From an uncultured Mycoplasmatota bacterium (GTDB lineage: Bacteria; Bacillota_I; Bacilli_A; Izemoplasmatales; Izemoplasmataceae), in the NCBI GenBank assembly GCA_913062645.1, contig CAJXVW010000002.1, positions 301,433 through 365,432 of the forward strand: DNA of 64,000 nt, given 5' to 3'. The notes beneath the pieces are model-generated. The model ran no database searches and was not told the origin of the DNA. It saw only the letters and a list, made by a program, of their open reading frames with translations. Position numbers and translations under genes: made by a program. Shown here in pieces: positions 56,809-64,000 of this stretch (position 1 is the first letter of the stretch; each line of letters starts with the position of its first letter).

Positions 56809-56816
56809 TTTGCAAA

Positions 56817-56846
56817 AGAAAAGAAGCACTTCATGTGCTTCTTTTT
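56817..56846. terminator. Bidirectional terminator
   Basis: GAAGCAC-ttcat-GTGCTTC flanked by A and T runs, between convergent genes. Confidence 0.6.
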
Positions 56847-56864
56847 TCACTCTCCCGATGGAAT

Positions 56865-58313
56865 CTAACCCTCATAGGTCGTTGAGGACGTCGCTCCGCC
56901 TTGTCCGGTCCAGTCGGTATGATGGTGTTCGCCCCGAGGACGATCCACCCGTTCGTAGGTATGGGCACCAAAATAATCTCGCATCGCCTGGAGGAGATTG
57001 GCGGGAAGTGACTTCGTAGTGTATCCATCGAAATAACTTAGTCCCGCGCTCAATGCCGGAACCGGAACGCCATGAAGAACTGCTTCAGACACGACATGAC
57101 GCCATCCATTCAATCGTGATCCAATCTCATTTTGAAAGAACGGATCCAACATCAGATTGGATAATGTTCGATCCCGATCGTATGCCGTTTTGATGTCATC
57201 GAGGAATGCGCTGCGGATGATGCATCCGCTGCGCCATAGTTCAGCGATGCGACCATAATCGAGATTCCATCCATACGTATCGGCGGCAGTTCTCATCAAA
57301 TCGAAGCCTTGGGCATATGAGATGATTTTAGCCGCGTACAGAGCATCTTGAAGGACATTGACAAAGGATTGCTTGTCTCCGTCATACTCAAGAACGGTGC
57401 GACCATACTGTCGTGCCGCTTTGATCCGTTCGTCCTTGCGGGAACTCAACGTACGGGCAAACACCGCTTCGCCTATCAGTGAAAGCGGAACGCCTTCGTC
57501 CAAGGCAGTGACGACCGTCCATCGACCGGTGCCTTTCTGCCCGGCCACATCAAGAATCTTGTCTACCAGTGGCGTTCCATCCGTATCTTGCTTGCGAAGG
57601 ATGTCGGTCGTGATTTCAATCAGGTAGCTGTTCATCGGTCCTTGGTTCCAGGTTTCGAATGCATCGGCCATCTCCGTTGCCGTCATACCGAGCAAATCCC
57701 GCATCAAATGATAAATTTCGGTGATGAGCTGGATGTCTCCGTACTCGATGCCGTTGTGAACCATCTTGACGAAGTGTCCGGCTCCATCCGAACCTACCCA
57801 GTCGCAACAGATTGCGCCACGGTTGGTTCGAGCCGCAATTGCCTGAAGAATGCCTTTGACGCGAGGCCATGCATCCGGGTTCCCTCCCGGCATGATCGAG
57901 GGACCATGAAGAGCGCCCTCTTCGCCTCCGGATACGCCAGCGCCGATGAACTGAATTCCATGTTCGGCCAGCCATGCGGTACGACGAATCGTATCATGGA
58001 AGTTCGAGTTGCCTCCATCGATGACGATGTCGTCGATTTCCAGAAAGGGAATCAGTTGTTCCAAGACCGCATCGACCGGCTTTCCGGCGCGGATCATAAT
58101 CATGATCTTGCGCGGTTTGGACAGTTTTCCAGCCAGATCAGCGAGATCCGTGGCGAAGTGGATATTGCGATCTTTGGCCCGGCTTTCAGCGAATGTCGTC
58201 ATTCGTCCGAGATCGATGTCGTAACCGATGACGGAAAAGCCTCGCGATTCGATGTTCAACGCGAGGTTTTCACCCATTACGGCAAGTCCGATCATGGCGA
58301 TGTCATACATCAT
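56865..58313 (-). CDS. gnd: 6-phosphogluconate dehydrogenase (decarboxylating)
   Basis: IAMIGLAVMGENLALNIESRGF N-terminus. The 482-aa size and conserved blocks throughout fit Gnd. Confidence 0.9.
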   Translation of the reverse strand: MMYDIAMIGLAVMGENLALNIESRGFSVIGYDIDLGRMTTFAESRAKDRNIHFATDLADLAGKLSKPRKIMIMIRAGKPVDAVLEQLIPFLEIDDIVIDGGNSNFHDTIRRTAWLAEHGIQFIGAGVSGGEEGALHGPSIMPGGNPDAWPRVKGILQAIAARTNRGAICCDWVGSDGAGHFVKMVHNGIEYGDIQLITEIYHLMRDLLGMTATEMADAFETWNQGPMNSYLIEITTDILRKQDTDGTPLVDKILDVAGQKGTGRWTVVTALDEGVPLSLIGEAVFARTLSSRKDERIKAARQYGRTVLEYDGDKQSFVNVLQDALYAAKIISYAQGFDLMRTAADTYGWNLDYGRIAELWRSGCIIRSAFLDDIKTAYDRDRTLSNLMLDPFFQNEIGSRLNGWRHVVSEAVLHGVPVPALSAGLSYFDGYTTKSLPANLLQAMRDYFGAHTYERVDRPRGEHHHTDWTGQGGATSSTTYEG

Positions 58314-58318
58314 GGTAT

Positions 58319-59389
58319 CTATCTCCTAATGCGTGCGTTGCCTTTCCACACGCTCCATATTTGTGATTCACTCATCGGTGAACTGAAGTCGTCCAGCAAA
58401 GTCACCACATAAGCTCCATTGGCCCATCCGAAATGACATGCATCCTGATGGTCCCATCCTTTTAATAGTCCGTACAGGAGCCCTCCGACAAAAGCGTCGC
58501 CGCCACCAATACGATCAAGGACGGGAATCCGTCGTGGGGTCACGACATGCCAGTCGTCGCTTTTCATCACGGCTCCCCAGAGATGTTCGTTGGCGCTGGT
58601 GACTTCCCGCAAGGTGGTCGCGATGACGGCAGCATTCGGGTAGTCCGGCTGCATGCTGTCGATCATCTGTTGGAAGGTGGCGATTTGATCATTCAAATCG
58701 CGGCCGCCCGTGTCCGGGCCGGGTACTCCGAGAGCGAGTTGAAAATCCTCTTCGTTGCCGATCAACACGTCAGCCAACGTGGCGAGTTCATGAAAGACAT
58801 GAATCAATTCATCGTTGCGACCATCCCAGAAACTTGCCCGATAGTTGATGTCGAAGGATAACTTCGTCCCGCTGCTGCGAGCGGCTCGGGCCAGTTCGAG
58901 ACTGAACTGGGCGGTCTCGTCACTAAGCGCTACGAACAATCCCGATAGATGTAGAATCTTCACGCCATCCTGTCGAAACAGTCGATTAAGATCAAAATCT
59001 TCTGCGCGTAATAATCGTCCCACCTCATTGGCACGATCGTTGTGGACCGAAGGAGCGCGCATGCCATACCCGCTGTCAGCAAAATTGATTTGGTGGCGAT
59101 ATCCCCATGGCCCATTCTGAGGGACATGTTTCGCGTCAATCGCAATGTTGCGCCGGCCGAGATCATTCGTAATTCGTCTCGCGATCGGACTACCTTCGAC
59201 GATTGCCGTCAGCACCTTTGTCGAGAGACCCAGCGCCGCGGCCGTGCTGAGCACGTTGCTTTCCGCGCTGGTGACCTGCAAGCACAACTCTCTTGCCAGT
59301 TCCACCGGTTGATGATCGACGGGTGTCAGACGAATGCCCATGCTCGTCGGGGCAACGATGTCATACGCACAATCTTGCTTGAACTCCAT
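58319..59389 (-). CDS. PfkB-family sugar kinase (KdgK-like)
   Basis: C-terminal GGGDAFVGGLLYGLL. Start set at ATG 59389 behind GGAGGG. Confidence 0.7.
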   Translation of the reverse strand: MEFKQDCAYDIVAPTSMGIRLTPVDHQPVELARELCLQVTSAESNVLSTAAALGLSTKVLTAIVEGSPIARRITNDLGRRNIAIDAKHVPQNGPWGYRHQINFADSGYGMRAPSVHNDRANEVGRLLRAEDFDLNRLFRQDGVKILHLSGLFVALSDETAQFSLELARAARSSGTKLSFDINYRASFWDGRNDELIHVFHELATLADVLIGNEEDFQLALGVPGPDTGGRDLNDQIATFQQMIDSMQPDYPNAAVIATTLREVTSANEHLWGAVMKSDDWHVVTPRRIPVLDRIGGGDAFVGGLLYGLLKGWDHQDACHFGWANGAYVVTLLDDFSSPMSESQIWSVWKGNARIRR

Positions 59390-59800
59390 GGCGATCCCTC
59401 CATTTCCATTATACGTGCAATGTGTATCATCTACTACCATAATACATCATTGCCGATGCTTTGTCATATGGTTTGTACTACCGAAGGCGAACAGCGTGAT
59501 GTTTTCATTTTGGCAATAATGTGTTAAAATGATAGATGACGGTGAAGTAGTCTAAATCAGTAATCGATACCCGATGACACCGATGTTTTCGCAGCTGTCT
59601 CAAAAGGTATCTAAGACGATGAAAATCTAGATGAAAAACCTTCATGGAACTGAGGTCTGTTCAGGGTCAAGAGGCAATGAACCACAGTATCGAACGATGC
59701 TGTGTCATGAGTTACCAACGTAGCGAAATGAAGACACCCTAACTCTATGGCAATGTCATGGAATGGGGTGTCTTTTTCATTTCATGTTAGGAGTGGTACC

Positions 59801-60334
59801 ATCAGCAAATACACCTACGCGCTCGCGACGATGGCCGATGTCGATGCGATCAACGCCATCATGGAGCGCACCAACAAGGAAATTGCCAGTGACGACGTGT
59901 TCGTCATGGACGACAAGGACTTCATCGCGCATCACATCGAAAAACAGGGCTTCATTGTCACGGTCACGCACCATGACGCGATCATCGCCTTTCTTCTCGT
60001 CCGCTTCCCGAACACCGATGACGACAATCTCGGTCGCGATGCCCAGGTGGACGATGACGAACTCCATCACGTCGCCCACATCGAATCGCTTGCCGTCGTG
60101 CCCAAGCACCGCGGCAACCGTCTGCAGTACAAGATGATTCACTACGCCGAAAAGATCATCAAACAGCGTGGTCTAAAATATTCGATGGCGACCGTATCGC
60201 CCAAGAACAAATACAGTCTCATCAATTTCCTCAAACACGATTTTCGCATCGTCAAGATCAAACGCAAGTATTCCGGAGTCAGACGACTGATTCTCAAAAA
60301 ACAACACAAAGATAGAAAGGAAGGATCCCAATGA
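59801..60334 (+). CDS. GNAT-family N-acetyltransferase (start uncertain)
   Basis: HIESLAVVPKHRGNRLQYKMI (acetyl-CoA motif A-like). AGGAG at 59789-93 is spaced for ATC 59801. The first in-frame ATG downstream of the upstream hairpin is 59831. The track start at 59747 lies inside that hairpin. Confidence 0.55.
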   Translation: MSKYTYALATMADVDAINAIMERTNKEIASDDVFVMDDKDFIAHHIEKQGFIVTVTHHDAIIAFLLVRFPNTDDDNLGRDAQVDDDELHHVAHIESLAVVPKHRGNRLQYKMIHYAEKIIKQRGLKYSMATVSPKNKYSLINFLKHDFRIVKIKRKYSGVRRLILKKQHKDRKEGSQ

Positions 60335-60843
60335 ATGTCATCGGAATCGTTGACAACACCACCAAAGACGACAACTCCCACACTCTCGTAAAAGTCGCGC
60401 TGAAGTACATTCAGACCTTCAAGTACGACACGCGCATCATCTCCGCCGACGACTTTGACTTCTCGAAGGCGAACCCCGACAGTGACAAACTGAAGGCGGA
60501 TCTCGAAGGCGCGGACGCGTTGATTCTCGCCACCAGCGCAAATTTCCCCGAGGCCACGACCGACATCGATCCGTTTCTCCAGTGGGTCGATAGAAAGGGC
60601 GTCGATCTCACCGATAAGCCGGTCGGAGCGATGCTTCTGATTGAACCCCGCGACTCGATCAAGGACATCGACGAGGACATCCTCGTCAAACACGTCAAAG
60701 GCTGGAAAGCGAACGTCGTCAGTGAAGTCAAGTTCACCAAAGTCGCCGAAGACAACGACGCCCGCAGCAACACCTACGTACTAACCGAAGCAATGCGTTG
60801 CGGCGAGGACATTGGAAAGTATCTCAAAAAACTTGACAAATGA
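60331..60843 (+). CDS. Flavodoxin-fold / NAD(P)H-dependent FMN reductase-like protein
   Basis: 170 aa. GADALILATSANFPEATTDIDPFLQWVD resembles the FMN_red core. The ATGA overlaps the GNAT stop. Confidence 0.4.
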   Translation: MNVIGIVDNTTKDDNSHTLVKVALKYIQTFKYDTRIISADDFDFSKANPDSDKLKADLEGADALILATSANFPEATTDIDPFLQWVDRKGVDLTDKPVGAMLLIEPRDSIKDIDEDILVKHVKGWKANVVSEVKFTKVAEDNDARSNTYVLTEAMRCGEDIGKYLKKLDK

Positions 60844-61019
60844 TGAAGAACGACCTTCTTGTAGGGTCGTTTTTATCTGCGAATTAAAGTTCTTATACAC
60901 ACTGTCTGTTGCGTGGTAGCGTTTACAGCTGGAAAGTTTTCCACGACCTCGTTTTTCCCTATGTACGGTCGATGTCGTTGGTTGGCCCTCTCTGGGGTTG
61001 ACTGCCATGTTGTGGATAA

Positions 61020-61050
61020 CTTTGTGGATAAGTTGTGGTACCGATTTCAT
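61020..61050. promoter_or_regulatory. DnaA-box cluster (two perfect, one degenerate)
   Basis: TGTGGATAA at 61020-28 and 61032-40, TGTGGTAC at 61043-50. All are in the same orientation with starts 12 and 11 nt apart. Confidence 0.55.
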
Positions 61051-61058
61051 TGACTTTA

Positions 61059-61087
61059 GCAACTTAAAGTAGGATAATATGTGTACG
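61059..61087 (+). promoter_or_regulatory. Near-consensus promoter immediately downstream of the DnaA boxes
   Basis: TTGACT, 17-nt spacer, GATAAT. No convincing ORF follows on the + strand. Confidence 0.45.
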
Positions 61088-61363
61088 GAGAGAAGAACAA
61101 ATAGAGATTTCGATCTTGAAAACAGGCAGCGAAAATGATCGGCTCGTATGTCGGGATAGTTGGTTCTTATATCTTGATCCGTGCAAAGAGTTGGATTTTG
61201 ATCCGAGGATTTGCGAGGGATCGGTGCAACAGCCAATCTGAACCGTGTATGAAATGAGAAAATGAAATGTCGTTGACGGGTCTGTAGACTCGTTAAAGAA
61301 ATGGATCTTTATCAAATCCTGACAGGTCTTCTCTCCCTTTTTTATGCAAAAAAAACGAGGTGC

Positions 61364-61741
61364 TCAGGCACCTCGTTTTTGGTTGCGCGCATGCAGCGCA
61401 TATAGACATCCGCCTCCAGTCAAAACCAGAAGCAAAGAGAAGAGTACAATCATCGCATATTCGCCGCTTTCGGCATAGTAGCCACTTGAGTTGATGACCG
61501 AGTAGAGAATCATTCCAGAGGCGAACAGGAGGGCCTCGACGGACCATTTGTGATTCTTTAGTGTCAATGTACCCGCGGTGATCGCGGCCACGGCCATCAG
61601 ACATTCGACAATGATGTGAAAGGTGATGGCGGCCGGCTCCGTCTGTAGTTCGGGAACCTGATCGGACACGATCAACATCAGCCAAAGAGCGACAATGCCG
61701 ATCCCGACAACAATGAAATACCATCCCAATACTTTGTTCAT
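61364..61741 (-). CDS. Small 4-TM membrane protein
   Basis: 125 aa, four hydrophobic helices. A hairpin terminator (AACGAGGTGC/GCACCTCGTT) lies at its 3' end. Confidence 0.5.
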   Translation of the reverse strand: MNKVLGWYFIVVGIGIVALWLMLIVSDQVPELQTEPAAITFHIIVECLMAVAAITAGTLTLKNHKWSVEALLFASGMILYSVINSSGYYAESGEYAMIVLFSLLLVLTGGGCLYALHARNQKRGA

Positions 61742-61802
61742 GTCATCACCTCACCTTGATTGTAGTACAATCCAATCCGATTCGCAAGCAACCCTCGGTT
61801 GC

Positions 61803-63638
61803 CTAACGATTACGCCGGAAGATCTGTTCCAGCAGATTGCGGAAGACCGATCGCGTCGTATCGCTGTACACGATTTCTCGCGTAACACGCGGCGTTCCGG
61901 TGATGATGCCGTCGACACCGACGGTACTCAGCCGGGCTATCAGATCCTCATCATCGACGGTCCACACATACACGCCTTTGCCCGCCTCTTTCAACTCACG
62001 AATGATGTCGATGTTGCCATCGACGATCGACCGATGGAACCCGATGTAATCGATGTAGTCGTAACTCGCCAGCAGTTGCACGTCACCGACGTAGTTGCGC
62101 AATAACAACACCGTGTCGATTGACGCGTTGTCGGCTTTGATTTCTTCCAGGAGCAGCCCGTTGAACGACAGGATCTTGACATGGCGCTGCATGTTGGTTC
62201 GTTCGATGATCGGTACCAACACGTCGGCCAGATCGGTAATCCCCGCCTTCAGTTCGATGTAGACGTCAACTCGCCGATCGATTGTGGCCAAGGCCTCTTC
62301 CAAGGTCGGCACCGGCTCGTTGAAAAACGCCGCGGCATACCAACTGCCGGCATCGAGCTGTTTGATTTCCGCGAGGGTCATCTCGGCGACCTTCCGGTTG
62401 AGCGCGTCGTTGGTCGTGCGACCGGTCGTCTCGTCGTGCATCAGAATTGGAACGCCGTCGGAGGTGAAACGAACATCGATCTCGACGGCATCGGCACCGA
62501 GATCGATGCCGGTCTCGATCGCAGCAATCGTGTTTTCCGGCGCGAAGTTGCCGCCACCACGATGAGCGACGATGCTGGGGTTGCTTAAGAAGGCAATGCG
62601 GGTCGGACTGGATGAACCAAATCGAAACATCACGAAGATCACCACCAAGAGGGATAGAGTAACAAACAGAAGCACGCGTTGAAACAGTCTGGTACTGAGC
62701 GGTTTGTGGCGTTTGATGCGGCGAACTTCCTGAACCGTGACACGGTCGGGTGTTCGCTTCTTCTCATAATAATGGGAGTTGATCCAGGCGAAGTTGACAG
62801 GAATCAAGATGATCGTTCCGATGAAGCCGATGACGATATAGATGGAATATAGAAACGACAGCATGATGCCGAAGACGGCCGCATCATCGCGGATCCACAG
62901 GACGACCAGCGCAACGATGCCGACAACGATTGCATACAGCACATACAAGATGCCATTCAATACCCCATTGACGATGAGAAACTCGCCGACCATCTTGGCG
63001 CGATGTCCGTGAAGCAGTTGACGTGAATGCGAGATGTTCTCCCGGAACGACGTGTTCTCGATGGTACACTGAATTTCATAATAGATGGTCTCGATGAACA
63101 ACACCATCAGAATCAACAGCAATATACCGATGACGGGATAGATCCAACCGGCGGCAACGAGTTCATTGAGGATGAATGTCGGCAACTGAATTGTCGAAGC
63201 AATCCCGGCGACATGCAGCCCTTCGACGATGAACAGAAACACCATCGACGACATCAAAATCGTCACATGATACTTGCGGAACACCTTTCGCAGTCGGCCG
63301 AAGGCAACAACCAACAAGGTCTGAAGGCCGATGGATTCCTCATAATATGAACTATGAAAGAGGGCCGACAGCGCCACCACTTCAAAGGTTACATAGAGCC
63401 CGAACACGAATACAATCAGTACGAACACGACGATGGTCGAGGGGCGAAACAGATAGGCGAAGAGATTGTCGTTGATGATGAAGGCATTGCCGGTAAGACG
63501 GATTGACAGATAGAAGAGCTGGTTGACAATCGGAAACACCAGCGCAATCCCGACAAGGCGATACAACACTTCAAACAACAACAAGGTGCGCTTGTTGATC
63601 GTCAGCAATTTCCAGATGTCATGCATGCGTTGTTTCAT
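61803..63638 (-). CDS. Membrane-anchored glycerophosphodiester phosphodiesterase (GDPD) family protein
   Basis: Multi-TM N-terminal half, then VAHRGG..FAPENTIAA...GADAVEIDVRFTSDGVPILMHD. Start set at ATG 63638 behind GGAGGTGGAGGG. Confidence 0.8.
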   Translation of the reverse strand: MKQRMHDIWKLLTINKRTLLLFEVLYRLVGIALVFPIVNQLFYLSIRLTGNAFIINDNLFAYLFRPSTIVVFVLIVFVFGLYVTFEVVALSALFHSSYYEESIGLQTLLVVAFGRLRKVFRKYHVTILMSSMVFLFIVEGLHVAGIASTIQLPTFILNELVAAGWIYPVIGILLLILMVLFIETIYYEIQCTIENTSFRENISHSRQLLHGHRAKMVGEFLIVNGVLNGILYVLYAIVVGIVALVVLWIRDDAAVFGIMLSFLYSIYIVIGFIGTIILIPVNFAWINSHYYEKKRTPDRVTVQEVRRIKRHKPLSTRLFQRVLLFVTLSLLVVIFVMFRFGSSSPTRIAFLSNPSIVAHRGGGNFAPENTIAAIETGIDLGADAVEIDVRFTSDGVPILMHDETTGRTTNDALNRKVAEMTLAEIKQLDAGSWYAAAFFNEPVPTLEEALATIDRRVDVYIELKAGITDLADVLVPIIERTNMQRHVKILSFNGLLLEEIKADNASIDTVLLLRNYVGDVQLLASYDYIDYIGFHRSIVDGNIDIIRELKEAGKGVYVWTVDDEDLIARLSTVGVDGIITGTPRVTREIVYSDTTRSVFRNLLEQIFRRNR

Positions 63639-63925
63639 GGCTGTCCCTCCACCTCCATTATACACCCGAATGATTTCAAAAGAAATTGAAACAAATCCCT
63701 TGCCATAACTTTCACAGTGTGTTAACATACTAATGACACTTTATCGATGTAAAGCGTTAAAGGATGAGAATCATGAACCGCAAATCGTATTGTCAAGTCC
63801 ATCATCATATCTAGACATCGGCCTGTATGACATCATACAAGCCATTTGGATATGGGCTTGTACCAAACGCAATCAAACGCCAGGTACATTCGACCTGGCG
63901 TTTTCTATGGAAAGGAGTCATTGCA

Positions 63926-64000
63926 ATGACATTCACAACCATCTTTCAAGAACTGGAGTTCGTCAAAAAACGTTATGCCATCCAGTCGCGCCTCGAGCAC
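63926..64000 (+). CDS. 5' end of an unidentified gene
   Basis: AAAGGAG SD, then ATG 63926 (MTFTTIFQELEFVKKRYAIQSRLEH), open to the window edge. Confidence 0.3.
   Translation, partial: MTFTTIFQELEFVKKRYAIQSRLEH

Noticed and set aside
59786-59803. UUAGGAGUGGUACCAUC resembling the T-box motif (..GGGUGGUACCGCG)
   Set aside because: It lies downstream of the hairpin rather than in an antiterminator 5' arm. I could not find Stem I features (AG bay, distal-loop motifs, specifier loop). The AGGAG is better explained as the SD.
61020-61050. DnaA boxes as the chromosomal origin (oriC)
   Set aside because: There are only three boxes, no dnaA/dnaN or rpmH-type neighbours, and no clear AT-rich unwinding element. 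A DnaA-box cluster or regulated promoter is more likely.
60781-61724. Minus-strand ORFs 60781..61236, 61064..61315 and 61293..61724
   Set aside because: They have no SD and odd composition. They overlap the flavodoxin-like gene end, the DnaA-box/promoter region, or the better-supported 125-aa membrane ORF in another frame.
1-64000. CRISPR arrays, tRNA or rRNA genes, integrases, transposases, IS ends
   Set aside because: While reading both strands I saw no regularly spaced direct repeats, no cloverleaf-type sequences and no recombinase motifs. This is a manual scan, so small elements could have been missed.

Overview
The window looks like a chromosomal segment from a Gram-positive, Firmicutes-type organism (GGAGG-type SD sequences, Stickland-type ornithine genes). 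All calls come from hand motif reading only; no database or covariance search was run. (1) 1-7858, minus strand: an ornithine oxidative-degradation operon, ord / K+-channel-like membrane gene / ortA / ortB / oraS / oraE / mutL-like reactivase. (2) About 7.9-42.1 kb: a visibly AT-rich accessory mosaic, broken by short blocks of host-like composition. It is packed with defence-type genes, and I saw no integrase, transposase, tRNA or CRISPR array. Its contents, in order: a two-methylase + HNH R-M operon; two diverged cassettes, each headed by a homologous ~72-aa protein and containing a GHKL-type ATPase (the second also has a Dam-family methylase); a macro-HTH protein; a DUF4357-like/PD-(D/E)xK protein; a Septu-like ATPase+HNH pair; a 1777-aa P-loop protein translationally coupled to a HEPN protein; an S-box (SAM-I)-like riboswitch leader in front of a double zinc-ribbon gene; a tandem PD-(D/E)xK protein; and several unknowns. 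(3) 42-64 kb: mostly housekeeping or accessory metabolism (MATE-like transporter, HD-GYP sensor, AraC regulator, flavin reductase, orphan ABC permease, gnd, PfkB kinase, GNAT, GDPD). Also here are a WYL-regulator + DUF4357/EndoIII-glycosylase pair, a free-standing NUMOD4-HNH gene and a DnaA-box cluster in a gene-free gap. The best candidates for an undescribed system are the small-protein/GHKL cassettes (12.1-15.5 kb and 22.6-27.9 kb), the giant ATPase + HEPN pair (28.2-34.7 kb) and the SAM-riboswitch-controlled gene next to them.
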